Below, piece by piece: positions 47,006-57,047 of a DNA stretch of 64,000 nucleotides (position 1 is the stretch's first letter; each line of letters starts with the position of its first letter). A program made the position numbers and the translations under genes. The DNA comes from an uncultured delta proteobacterium (lineage in GTDB: Bacteria > Desulfobacterota > DSM-4660 > Desulfatiglandales > HGW-15): positions 1,439-65,438 of the forward strand of contig CAVPDE010000029.1 in assembly GCA_963702565.1 (NCBI GenBank). The letters run 5' to 3'. The notes under the pieces were generated by a model. It saw nothing but the letters and a program-made list of their open reading frames with translations, was not told where the DNA came from and did not search any database.

Positions 47006-48100
47006 ATGGAGACGATTCGATTGAAGATCGATGGGAAGGATGTGGGAGCGGAGAGGGGGAGGACGATTCTGGAGGCGGCGAAGCAGGTTGGGATTGAGAT
47101 TCCGACGCTGTGCCACAAGGAGGAGTTGAGTCCTTTTGGTGGATGCCGGCTGTGTGTGGTGGAGGTGGAGGGCCGGAGTCAGTTGGTGGGCTCGTGCCAC
47201 ACACCGATTGAGGAGGGGATGGTGATTCGCACTCGTTCCGCGAAGGTGATGGCGTCGCGGAAGGGGACGATGGAGTTGTTGTTTGCGGGGCATACGGGTC
47301 CGTGCGTGACGGATCGGAGGGTAGAGGAGTGTGAGTTGCATAATTTGGCGGCGGCCATAGAATCGGGGCCTCCGAGGTTTAGGGTGAAGGCGCCGAGGTT
47401 TCATCGTCTGGAGGATGTGAGTCTGTACGTCTGGCGGGACATGTCGAAGTGTATTTTGTGTGGGAGGTGTGTGCGGGCTTGTCGAGAGATTGCGGGGCAG
47501 GAGGTGTACAGCACGGCGTATCGGGGGTTCAGGAGCAAGGTGGTGGTGGATTTTGATGAACCGCTGAACAAAGAGGTTTGCAAGGATTGTGGGATCTGTG
47601 TGGAGTATTGTCCTACCACGGCGTTGCAGTGGGCGGAACGCCGGGAGGGGATCAGCGGTGAAGGGAAGGGGAAGCCTGCTCCGATGGGCAGATCCAGAGA
47701 GAAGCTTCTTGGCATGCTGGAGGGGGAACAAAGGAAGAGAGGATTTGTATCCCGGGGTGCCATGGTGGAGATGGGGGGCAAGCTGGGGATGCCTTTGAGT
47801 GAGGTTTATGGGGTGGCGACCTTCTATGCGTTTATCTCGGTAGTGCCTGAGGCCCGAAACGTGATTCGGATATGCAAGAGTCTGCCCTGTTACATGCGGG
47901 ATGGGCGGATGATCATAGAGAGTATTGAGAAGGAGCTTGGGATAGGGCCAGGGGGGAGCACTGGGGACGGCAAGTTTTCTTTTGAGCTGACGAACTGTAT
48001 TGGGGCTTGTGATCAGGCGCCTGCGATGCTGGTCAACGACGATGTGCATGGGGACCTGACTCCTGAGAGGATTTCTGGGATTCTGAAATCCTACCAATAG
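47006..48100 (+). CDS. NuoG/HydA-N-terminal Fe-S domains fused to a NuoE-like 2Fe-2S domain
   Basis: IPTLC, GGCRLC, HxxxCxxxxxxxxC, CILCGRC, CKDCGIC; YGVATFY, ICKSLPC, TNCIGACDQAP. Confidence 0.9.
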   Translation: METIRLKIDGKDVGAERGRTILEAAKQVGIEIPTLCHKEELSPFGGCRLCVVEVEGRSQLVGSCHTPIEEGMVIRTRSAKVMASRKGTMELLFAGHTGPCVTDRRVEECELHNLAAAIESGPPRFRVKAPRFHRLEDVSLYVWRDMSKCILCGRCVRACREIAGQEVYSTAYRGFRSKVVVDFDEPLNKEVCKDCGICVEYCPTTALQWAERREGISGEGKGKPAPMGRSREKLLGMLEGEQRKRGFVSRGAMVEMGGKLGMPLSEVYGVATFYAFISVVPEARNVIRICKSLPCYMRDGRMIIESIEKELGIGPGGSTGDGKFSFELTNCIGACDQAPAMLVNDDVHGDLTPERISGILKSYQ

Positions 48101-48125
48101 GAGATCTGAGTGGGGAGGATGGATC

Positions 48126-49347
48126 ATGCCTGAGAGACGGATAGTGTTGAAGAATTGTGGAGCAATCGATCCCGGGGATATTGGCGACTACATGAGGAAG
48201 GATGGGTTCAGGGGTTTATCGAAGGCGCGGGGGTTGAAGCCCGAGGCGGTGATCGAGGAAGTGAAGAGGTCGGGGTTGAGGGGCCGTGGAGGAGCGGGGT
48301 TTCCGTGTGGGGTAAAGTGGGAGTTGGCGAGGAAGAGTGAAGGGTCGGAGCGGTTTCTGATCTGCAATGCTGATGAAGGGGAGATGGGGACCTTTAAGGA
48401 CAGGTATATTATCGAGAATGATCCCTTTCCTGTTGATGGAGGGAATGGGGATTGCCGCTTATGCGATTGGTGCGAGCAAGGTCTATATCTATCTTCGAGG
48501 AGAGTATCGCTATCTTCTGGGGAAACTGAGGAATGCCCTTGCGCAGGTGAAGGAAAGAGGTCTGCTTGGGGATTTGGAGGTGGAGATCTGTGAAGGGGCT
48601 GGGGCGTATGTTTGTGGGGAAGAATCTGCTTTGATGAACTCGATTGAAGGGAGGCGGGGGGAAGCGAGGTTTAGACCGCCCTACCCGCCCAGTCAGGGGT
48701 TATGGGATAAGCCCACGATCATCAACAATGTGGAGACGCTATGCAATCTTCCTGGGATCCTGCTCAATGGGGCGCAGTGGTTCAGCGCCATAGGGACGGA
48801 GAAGAGCAAGGGGACGAAGATTTTTTCTGTGAGTGGAGATGTGCAGAGGCCGGGCATTTATGAGTTGGAGATGGGGAGTTCTTTGAAGGAGCTGGTGATG
48901 GACTTGGCCGGGGCGAAGGATCTGAAGATGGTGCAAGTGGGAGGAGCGACGGGCCGGATACTTCCCCAGTCCATGATGGAGACCAAGCTTTGCTTTGAAG
49001 GAGTGCTGGGCTCTGGGGGAGTGGTGGTGTTTGATCGGAGCAGGGATGTGATTGAGATGGTCTATCACATGGTGGAGTTTCTTGCTGAAGAATCGTGCGG
49101 GAAGTGTGCCCCGTGCCGTGAAGGGACAGAGGTGATGGTGGAGATTCTGGGTCGGCTCAAGAGTGGGGATGGAGTGCAAGAAGACCTGGAGGTGCTGAAG
49201 GATTTGGGGGAGGTGATGAGGGGGAGTTCGTTGTGTGGTCTTGGCCAGGGGACCCCTGTTCCCGTGCAGGACAGTTTGGAGTATTTCAGGGGGGAGTATG
49301 AGACGCGTATTGCCCAATCGCAGTTCATCAGGAGCGTGAGAGGGTAG
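48126..49347 (+). CDS. NuoF-like FMN/NADH subunit (1-bp insertion ~48423; intact in copy 2)
   Basis: GRGGAGF, NADEGE, GAGAYVCGEE, NNVET, ESCGKCAPCREG, SLCGLG. Confidence 0.9.
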
Positions 49348-49428
49348 TGATAGAAACGTGTTTGGTTGTGGTCATGTCAGCAGGGGGGCGTCTTTTTTGA
49401 AGGCTAGCGTAGAAGGAGGTCATGAGGG

Positions 49429-49998
49429 ATGAAGAAGTACATATGTCCATATTGCTCGACGGTGTTTGCCTCGGTTGAGCAATTGAAAGAGCACGTGGTG
49501 ACGGTTCATCCATCGGAGCCTCTCCCTGAGCCGGAGGGGGTGGTGGCTTTCACGGTGAATGGTCGAAAGTACCGTTTGAGTGTGGAGCCGCAATGGACCC
49601 TGTACTATGTGATTCACGATATCCTGGGGTTGACGGGGGTGAAGATGTTCTGTGACCGGGGGGCCTGTGGGTCCTGTACGGTCATCATGGATGGCAGACC
49701 CATCCTCTCCTGCATGACGTTAGTCATAGAATGTGGAGGCAAAAACATAGAGACGGTTGAGGGGATAGCGACGGAGCAACATCCTTTGATTGATTCCTAC
49801 GTGAAACACCACTGCATGCAGTGTGGGTATTGCACACCGGGGTTTGTGACGACGGCGAAAGCTCTGCTAGACAAAAACCCCGACCCTACCCAAGAACAGA
49901 TCAGGGAAGCGTTGGGCGGCAATCTCTGTCGGTGCGGAACTTACCCTCAGCATGCGATCGCGGTGCTGGAGGCGGCGGAAACGTTACGCAAAAGGTGA
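49429..49998 (+). CDS. Xdh/CoxS-type 2x[2Fe-2S] subunit with N-terminal C2H2 finger
   Basis: CDRGACGSC...SC, QCGYCTPG, GNLCRC. Confidence 0.92.
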   Translation: MKKYICPYCSTVFASVEQLKEHVVTVHPSEPLPEPEGVVAFTVNGRKYRLSVEPQWTLYYVIHDILGLTGVKMFCDRGACGSCTVIMDGRPILSCMTLVIECGGKNIETVEGIATEQHPLIDSYVKHHCMQCGYCTPGFVTTAKALLDKNPDPTQEQIREALGGNLCRCGTYPQHAIAVLEAAETLRKR

Positions 49999-52430
49999 TG
50001 ACCATGACGGAGAAGGTAAAAGGCGAATACGAAAAAATGAAGTCTGATGGTCAGTATCACATTGGCCCCGATATCCCAACCATCACGTTCGATGCCATTG
50101 GTCGAAGGGGAATTACTCGAATGGATGGGCTTGAGAAAGCGAGCGGGCAGGCTGTCTATACGAGGGATGTTCAAATCGCCGGCATGTTGTATGCCAAGGT
50201 TATGGCATCCCCCTATCCTAGGGCCAAGATTTCACGGATGGACACCCGTTTTATTGAAGCGACTCCAGGGGTGAGGGCGGTCATCCGATTCGACGACCCG
50301 GAAATCAAAGGGAAAATGCTGAACGGGAGCTATTTCGGCCCTGAATGGGTGTGCCCGGACATTGCTGGCTGGGCTTTGAAGCCGGTTCGGCCTGTTCTTG
50401 GGGATGAGGCTTGGTATGAAGGGCAGCCCCTTGGGTTAGCCGTAGCTGCAGACAATGAGGATATTGCGGTTGAAGCGCTTTCAAGGGTAAAGGTGGAATG
50501 GGAGGAGTTCCCCTTTGTTCTGGATGGGGAAGACGCCCTGAAATCAGATGCTTCCATTTTGCGACCCGGTGCCAGGGACAATCTGCTGACGGATCCTAGA
50601 TCTCTGATTGAAAAGGGAGACATAGAAAAAGGCTTCAAAGAAGCCGACAGGATTATCGAGTTCGATGCAAGAAGATCCGCGCATTTTTGGGCCGGTGCCG
50701 AACTCCCCAGCGTGCTGATCAGATGGGTCGGGGATAAACTTGAGATGTGGGCCTATCAGCAACAGCCTCACCATGCCAAGATGCTTCTCTCGGAAGCTCT
50801 GAACCTCCCGATGAACAAGATCACCATGCACACCCCCTACATGGGTTGCTCCTTTGGAGGCAGAGGGAATCCCGCCAATAACTCAGAGAACGGCATGAAT
50901 ATTCTGGCGACACTGTTTTCGAAGAGGACCAATCGGCCGGTGAAGATGACCTATAACAGGCGGGAGGCTTTCTTCGGCGAATCGGGGGATATGATGGCCA
51001 GTCATATCAAGATTGGCGTCAAAGAGGATGGAACCATCACGGCTGTGGACATTAAGAACCTGTTTGACGTGTATATGTGCACCCCTGGAGCTGAGCACCT
51101 TGTCGACAACACGAGCATCCCGAACATCCGCTGCGAAACCCGGACCGCTGATGTGAGCAAAGGGCCGGCTTGGTGGTGTCGCTGCGAGCAGTTGCCGAAC
51201 AGCTTTTGTCTGACCCTCATCTTCGATCATGTGGCGGCTGAGCTGGGTCTGGATCCTACGGAGGTCGCTCTAAAGAATGATGGGTGTGAGGGAAAAGACA
51301 AGAGTCACCTTTTGGAGTACAAAAGAAAGCATGGATTTCCAGAAATAGACAGCCTGAGAGAGTGTATTGAAGCGGGGAAAAAAGCCATCGGCTGGAATGA
51401 AAAATGGCATGCGCCGGGAGCGAGAAAACTTCCCAACGGGAGAATGCACGGCATCGGTTTTACATGGAACCATGAATGGGATGATGTGCGAGGGACTGCT
51501 TCCGCCGCGGTGATGATTGAGAACGACGGAACCGTGAGCATCCTTGCTGAGCATCCTGACATTGGTGTGAACCCTTGGACCGCTTACTGCCAGATTGTGG
51601 CCGATGAACTCGGTCTCCGGGTCCAGGACATCAATATAAAGCCTTTTTCGACAGACACTGGTTTTGCCCTAATGAGTCCGGATGGCTCCTGCAACCTGGT
51701 GTCCAACGGAATCGTAGTCAGGAAAGCCGCGAGAAAGGCGAAGGAGATGCTTCTTGAGCTGGCGGCAAGCAAGTTTGAAGGAGTTGTGCCCCAGGATCTC
51801 GAGGTGAAAGGGGAGCATGTGTTTGTGAAGAAAAATCCCGACAATACAAAGACCATCCGAGAAGTGGTTGCGAAAGCGATGCCCAGTTTTGTTTCCTGCG
51901 CTTTTTGGACAGAAGCTCCTGTAGTTGCATGGGCATGGCATACCCAGGGACTTTGGGGGGCATCCCTCGAAACAGGCCGGCCGCGGCTATGCCGGCAAGC
52001 TCACTTTATGGAGGTGGAGGTAGATACGGAAACGGGGGAGATCCTCGTCACGAAGGTCGTTAACGTGAATGACGTGGGCAAGGCCATTTCCCCCGAAACG
52101 GTCGAAGGGCAGATGTACGGCGGGACGTACATGGGGCTCGGACGCGCTCTCACCGAGGAACTGATTTGGGATAAGAAGACGGGTGTACTGCTGAATCGAA
52201 ATCTCCTGGACTACAGATATGCTACCATGACCGATTATGGCCCAATAAAGACCATCATCATGGAATCGGGGATGGGGCATGGTCCCTACGGCTCATGCGG
52301 AATCGGAGAGGCAACCCCTACCGAGATCCCTGCTTTGTTAAGTCCCGCTGTTTTCAACGCCATCGGCGTATGGATCGACGATTTTCCTCTAACGCCGGAC
52401 AAAGTTCTTAGGGCCCTGGGCAAGGCTTAG
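49998..52430 (+). CDS. Xanthine-dehydrogenase-family molybdopterin-binding subunit
   Basis: DGLEKASG, SFGG, EVEVDTETG, VEGQMYGG, GIGE. Confidence 0.92.
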   Translation: MTMTEKVKGEYEKMKSDGQYHIGPDIPTITFDAIGRRGITRMDGLEKASGQAVYTRDVQIAGMLYAKVMASPYPRAKISRMDTRFIEATPGVRAVIRFDDPEIKGKMLNGSYFGPEWVCPDIAGWALKPVRPVLGDEAWYEGQPLGLAVAADNEDIAVEALSRVKVEWEEFPFVLDGEDALKSDASILRPGARDNLLTDPRSLIEKGDIEKGFKEADRIIEFDARRSAHFWAGAELPSVLIRWVGDKLEMWAYQQQPHHAKMLLSEALNLPMNKITMHTPYMGCSFGGRGNPANNSENGMNILATLFSKRTNRPVKMTYNRREAFFGESGDMMASHIKIGVKEDGTITAVDIKNLFDVYMCTPGAEHLVDNTSIPNIRCETRTADVSKGPAWWCRCEQLPNSFCLTLIFDHVAAELGLDPTEVALKNDGCEGKDKSHLLEYKRKHGFPEIDSLRECIEAGKKAIGWNEKWHAPGARKLPNGRMHGIGFTWNHEWDDVRGTASAAVMIENDGTVSILAEHPDIGVNPWTAYCQIVADELGLRVQDINIKPFSTDTGFALMSPDGSCNLVSNGIVVRKAARKAKEMLLELAASKFEGVVPQDLEVKGEHVFVKKNPDNTKTIREVVAKAMPSFVSCAFWTEAPVVAWAWHTQGLWGASLETGRPRLCRQAHFMEVEVDTETGEILVTKVVNVNDVGKAISPETVEGQMYGGTYMGLGRALTEELIWDKKTGVLLNRNLLDYRYATMTDYGPIKTIIMESGMGHGPYGSCGIGEATPTEIPALLSPAVFNAIGVWIDDFPLTPDKVLRALGKA

Positions 52431-52440
52431 GAGGACAGAA

Positions 52441-53418
52441 ATGAAGGAATTCACTCATTTCAATGCATCAACACTCGATGAAGCGGTCTCTTTGCTGAGT
52501 CGTTATGGGAGAAAGGCCTCCATTATAGCGGGTGGGACAGATCTGCTCGGCAAAATGAAGGACGAAATTTTGCCTACATACCCGGAAGCTGTCATCAATA
52601 TCAAGACCATACCCGGAATGGAATATGTCAGAGAGGAAAACCAGATCCTCAAGATAGGGGCTTTGACCCGGCTTGAAGATATCGCCCATCATCCTATTGT
52701 CAAAGCGAAATTCAGTGCCCTAGCCCAGGCTGCGAGTAAGACAGCCTCTCCTCATATCCGTGAGATGGGAACAATCGGAGGCAATATCGTCCAAGATATT
52801 CGATGCTGGTACTACAGGAGCCCTAATAACAGATTCCCATGCCTTCGAAAAGGAGGAGGGAGATGTTACTCCATTGAGGGGGACAACCGGTATCATTCCA
52901 TTCTTGGTGGGAGTGTCGACGGTGGCTGCTACGCAGTGCACCCAAGCGACACTGCACCGGCGTTGATTGCTCTTGACGCCCGCGTCAAGACGACGAAGAG
53001 AACCATAAATGCAGAAGACTTTTTCCAGGTCGCTGTGACAAAAACAACTGTTCTCGATGACGATGAGATCGTTGCGGAGATTCAAATCCCTGAGCCCGCG
53101 ACTTACAGCAGAAGCGCTTTCATCAAGTTTGCTCTGAGAAAGACAATCGATTTTTCGATTGTGAATTGCGCTTCCATGGTCACCTATTCAAAGGACAGGG
53201 TTCAGGTCGCGAGGATTTGCCTGAACGCGGTCTATGTCAAACCGTACAGAGCATTCAGGGCGGAAGAAGTGATCACCGGGGAAATCCTGAACGAGACCAG
53301 CGCCGAAGCGGCTGGGAGCGCTGCAATTTCCCAAGCAAAGCCTTTGCAGCATAATGGTTACATGGCACAAATCGCCAGGACAATGGTCAAGAGATCCCTG
53401 CTCGCTTGCTGTGCCTAG
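52441..53418 (+). CDS. Xdh-family FAD subunit with extra [4Fe-4S] insert
   Basis: IAGGTDL, GTIGGN, RCWYYR...C...C...C, HPSD. Confidence 0.92.
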   Translation: MKEFTHFNASTLDEAVSLLSRYGRKASIIAGGTDLLGKMKDEILPTYPEAVINIKTIPGMEYVREENQILKIGALTRLEDIAHHPIVKAKFSALAQAASKTASPHIREMGTIGGNIVQDIRCWYYRSPNNRFPCLRKGGGRCYSIEGDNRYHSILGGSVDGGCYAVHPSDTAPALIALDARVKTTKRTINAEDFFQVAVTKTTVLDDDEIVAEIQIPEPATYSRSAFIKFALRKTIDFSIVNCASMVTYSKDRVQVARICLNAVYVKPYRAFRAEEVITGEILNETSAEAAGSAAISQAKPLQHNGYMAQIARTMVKRSLLACCA

Positions 53419-53632
53419 ATTGCGGGTTTGCTTCTTTTTTCTTGGCGCCGTGAAGGTGGCTTTTGTTCTGCGAAGTGGGCGTTCCAAGAAGAAAGGAGAA
53501 TAGGGAGACGATACTGGGTACTGGAGCGGGTGCGTGAACCATCACCAGGGAAAGGAGGTGAGAAAACATCGTTATTGCTTTGCGTGGCATCGGTTGTTGT
53601 GCCTTTCAACTGCTAATGAATGGGAGGATCGC

Positions 53633-54964
53633 ATGAAGAAGAAGAGGTCAAATGGCAAGAATACTGGGCGGAGGGATTTCCTCAAGACAGCAGGTTTGGC
53701 GGCTGCTGGTCTGACTGTTGGATTGGGGGCTTCTAGGCCAACAAGGTTGGCCTATGGCCAAGCCAAACGGCCGATCAAGGTAGGCATGATGGCTATTCTT
53801 TCAGGGCCTTTGGCTGGGTATGGAGAATACCAGGTTCGAGGTTGCGAGCTTGCTAAGGAGCATATTAATGCGGCAGGTGGTATTCTGGGGCATCCGATTG
53901 AGATGAACTTTCGTGACGACGAACTAAACCCTGCTGTGGGGGTTAAGAATGCGCGGTATTTCGTTCAGGACTGGAAGGCGGATTTCATCATGGGGGTGGA
54001 TTCAAGCCCCGTTTCAAAGGCTATAGGCGAAGTCCTTCCTGAACTCAAGAAGGTCTTCATTGTTACTCATGCGGCCACACACGACTTGCATGAGGTTTTG
54101 GTTTACAAGAAAAAGATAAAGTACTTGTTCAGAAGCGAACAGTCCTTCTATCAAGACAGTTATGCGGGAGCCATAGTGGCTGCCACGATCGGGGCAAAGA
54201 AATGGTTCATGATCGGCCCGGATGAAGAGTATGGATACAAGAACTGGGAGATGTTCCAAGCCTTTTTGGCCAAGTTCGGTAAGGATTTCCAGTTCGTCGG
54301 GCAAGTCTGGGTACCCTACGGCACAACGGATTTCACCCCCTATCTCAGCAAGGCGATGAGTGCAAATCCTGATGGCATTTTCTCTACAGAATGGGGCGGC
54401 GAACTTGTCAGCTGCATCAAACAAGCAAAGATGATGGGAATGATGGATAAAATCAAGGCTTGGCTGACGGGCATGGGAGCCGGTATGGATGTTCTTGAGG
54501 GTCTAGGGAAAGAATACCCGGAGAAGTGCTGGGGTTCCTGCCGATACTGGTTCCAATATCCCAACACAAAAATGAACTATGACTTTGTGAAATCCTTCGT
54601 TGAAAAGTTCGGTCGCTTTCCCCATTACTCCTCTGAAGGTAACTATTCGGCCGTGTTGATGTACAAGGCGGCGTGTGAAAAGGCAGGCACGGTGGATGAC
54701 GTAGACAAAATCGTAGCGGCCATGGAGGGCTTGGCCTTTGACAGCCCTGCAGGTGTGCGTTGGATTCGCCCTGAAGATCATGCCTGTGCCTATTCCGTTC
54801 CATGGGGTCGAATCATGCATGATCCGAAATACCCGATGCCCGTGCTGACGGACTGGATTATCAAGCCGTGGCCATTTTATTGGCCGAGTCCTCCGCCGGA
54901 GTATGGTCTCCCTCCAGGTCCGGGAGAGCTTCCGAAGATACCGGATGTGCCTTGGAAGAAGTAA
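53633..54964 (+). CDS. LIV/HAAT-family ABC substrate-binding protein, Tat-exported
   Basis: GRRDFLK Tat motif; INAAGGILG; GTTDFTPYL; GGGAGG RBS. Confidence 0.92.
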   Translation: MKKKRSNGKNTGRRDFLKTAGLAAAGLTVGLGASRPTRLAYGQAKRPIKVGMMAILSGPLAGYGEYQVRGCELAKEHINAAGGILGHPIEMNFRDDELNPAVGVKNARYFVQDWKADFIMGVDSSPVSKAIGEVLPELKKVFIVTHAATHDLHEVLVYKKKIKYLFRSEQSFYQDSYAGAIVAATIGAKKWFMIGPDEEYGYKNWEMFQAFLAKFGKDFQFVGQVWVPYGTTDFTPYLSKAMSANPDGIFSTEWGGELVSCIKQAKMMGMMDKIKAWLTGMGAGMDVLEGLGKEYPEKCWGSCRYWFQYPNTKMNYDFVKSFVEKFGRFPHYSSEGNYSAVLMYKAACEKAGTVDDVDKIVAAMEGLAFDSPAGVRWIRPEDHACAYSVPWGRIMHDPKYPMPVLTDWIIKPWPFYWPSPPPEYGLPPGPGELPKIPDVPWKK

Positions 54965-55108
54965 ATGGTATGCGGGGGTGCGGCGGCGTCCTTTCTTGGC
55001 CGCCGCCCCTCTACCTTCCTTAATCGAAACGGGGATCGGGTTCTCAATCTTCCCATCTGCGGGGAGAAGGCAGAAGGCCTGGAATCCTCTTTTTGGATCA
55101 GGAGTGTC

Positions 55109-55969
55109 ATGGACACTTATGTCTACACCCTGTTGGTTGGGCTTTATTATGGAATGAACGTGTGGTTGGTTGCATCAGGCCTGACCCTCATTTTTGGAAT
55201 GATGGGTGTGCTGAATTTTGCCCACGGCAGCCTATACATGATGGGTGCCTTTCTGGGTTACACTTTTGCTAAACTGTGCGGCAACAATTTCTGGCTGGGT
55301 TTGCTTATCGGGCCACTTGCTGTCGGGGTGATCGGTGCCACTTTGGAGTTCTTTCTCATCAAACGCGTGTACCGATTAGACATCATCTACCAACTGCTAA
55401 TCACCTATGCGTTGGTGCTTGTCCTGGACAATCTTTTCAAGATCATCTACGGGTCTCTATACATGTCCGTCAGCGTGCCCATCCAGGGAGTGATTCCTGT
55501 GATGGGTCGTCATGTCCCGATTTACTATTTCTTCATTATCGTTGTCGGAATACTGGTCGCATTGCTGCTCTGGATTCTCCTGAACAAGACAAAACTGGGA
55601 CGATATCTCAGAGCAGCAGCCTACAATCGAGAAATGAGCAGCGCCGTTGGCATTAATGTTCCCCGTTTGTTCACATTTATCTTCGGACTCGGCAGTGCCA
55701 TGGCGGCTTTGGGTGGGGCGATGACGGCCCCTATCCAGACCATTTCATCGGGAATGGGCACGGCGATTATCATCACTTCGTTCATTGTCGCCGTGATTGG
55801 AGGGCTGGGCAGCCTTTTGGGGGCCTTTCTTGGAGCAATCATCATTGGGCTCGTCAACTCCTTCGGGATCCTCTGGCTAGGTGAAATGTCGGCGCCGCTT
55901 CCCTATGCGGCTATGGCAATCATTTTGCTGGCCAGGCCCAGTGGGTTGTTTGGAGCTTCGGAGGAGTAA
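55109..55969 (+). CDS. ABC permease, LivH-like
   Basis: GLTLIFGMMGVLNFAHG, IGGLGS, RPSGLFG. Confidence 0.93.
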   Translation: MDTYVYTLLVGLYYGMNVWLVASGLTLIFGMMGVLNFAHGSLYMMGAFLGYTFAKLCGNNFWLGLLIGPLAVGVIGATLEFFLIKRVYRLDIIYQLLITYALVLVLDNLFKIIYGSLYMSVSVPIQGVIPVMGRHVPIYYFFIIVVGILVALLLWILLNKTKLGRYLRAAAYNREMSSAVGINVPRLFTFIFGLGSAMAALGGAMTAPIQTISSGMGTAIIITSFIVAVIGGLGSLLGAFLGAIIIGLVNSFGILWLGEMSAPLPYAAMAIILLARPSGLFGASEE

Positions 55970-56038
55970 TCCGAGGGATCATTCGCATTTTCTCCCATGA
56001 GAAAAATTTGCACATGAGTACGATTCGCAGGAGGTAAG

Positions 56039-57025
56039 GTGACAGAACAGAGGTCGCAGACCTGGAGGCCTAATGAAAGGATGAGTTCAAGGCGTCAAAC
56101 GGTCCTTGTGATTATCGTCTTTGGGCTATTTGCCCTTTTGCCGGTCTTCCGCAGCGATTACTTAAATTACATGGGCATGAGAATCGCGATCATGGCCCTC
56201 TTTGCATTAAGCTTCAACCTCCTTCTGGGATACACGGGGCTTCTGTCCTTTGGACACGCCGCATTCTATGGTGTGGGTGGATATGCTTCCGGTCTTATCC
56301 TGATCCACCTTACATCAGAAACAATCTTGGCTATCGTGGCGGGGGCTGTCGTAGCCGGCTTGACGGCCCTCCTGGTCGGGTACTTCTGTGTCAAGAGGAC
56401 AAGAATCTATTTCTCCATGCTGACCCTGGCCTTTGGGATGCTCATTTATGTTGTCTGCTACAAGTGGAAGAGTCTAACGGGGGGTACTGAAAGCCTCGGC
56501 GGAATTCCCCGCGGAAAACTACTTGGCCTGGTAGATCTGTTTCCTCTTGGCCGGTACTACTTTTTCGTGTTGATCGTCACCGCGTTGGCCATCTACGTGA
56601 TATACCGCATCACCAAGTCACCCTTTGGCCTGCTGATTCAGGGAATTCGGGATAATGAGAACCGAATTCGATTTGCCGGTGTGATGGTGAAACGATACCG
56701 CCTCTACGTGTTCACCATTGCGGGATTCTTCTCAGGGCTGGCAGGGGGACTTTACGCCAGTCTTGAATCGACGATGTTTCCGAGCATCTGCGACTGGCAG
56801 AGCTCTGCAGAGCCGATCATGGTCACCCTGGTCGGAGGGGTTGAGTCCTTTATGGGTCCCATCGTCGGCTCGGTCGTTTTCATCCTTATCAAGGAGTTCA
56901 TCGTTCGGTTTACACAACAGTGGCTCCTCGTGTTTGGTATCATCCTTATCATTCTCCTCATCGGATTTCGTGGAGGCGTATCGCGGTTTATTGAACGCCG
57001 TTTTGGGAGCAACCTCCCTTCGTGA
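56039..57025 (+). CDS. ABC permease, LivM-like
   Basis: GYTGLLSFGHAAF, YFSMLTLAF, IRDNE. Confidence 0.93.
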   Translation: MTEQRSQTWRPNERMSSRRQTVLVIIVFGLFALLPVFRSDYLNYMGMRIAIMALFALSFNLLLGYTGLLSFGHAAFYGVGGYASGLILIHLTSETILAIVAGAVVAGLTALLVGYFCVKRTRIYFSMLTLAFGMLIYVVCYKWKSLTGGTESLGGIPRGKLLGLVDLFPLGRYYFFVLIVTALAIYVIYRITKSPFGLLIQGIRDNENRIRFAGVMVKRYRLYVFTIAGFFSGLAGGLYASLESTMFPSICDWQSSAEPIMVTLVGGVESFMGPIVGSVVFILIKEFIVRFTQQWLLVFGIILIILLIGFRGGVSRFIERRFGSNLPS

Positions 57026-57047
57026 GGAATAGAGGTCTTGCAGCAAG

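Larger units (their letters stand above)
46985..49717 (+). repeat. Duplicated redox module, copy 1
   Basis: Near-identical to 59457-62151 apart from a few substitutions, one indel and the nuoF-2Fe2S spacer. Confidence 0.95.

Noticed and set aside
46973-48127. His/Pro-rich antisense ORFs (also 59376-60599)
   Set aside because: An artefact of the G-rich coding strand.
53584-53603. TGGCAT...TTG as a sigma54 promoter for the ABC genes
   Set aside because: The -12 element is mis-spaced and lacks GC.
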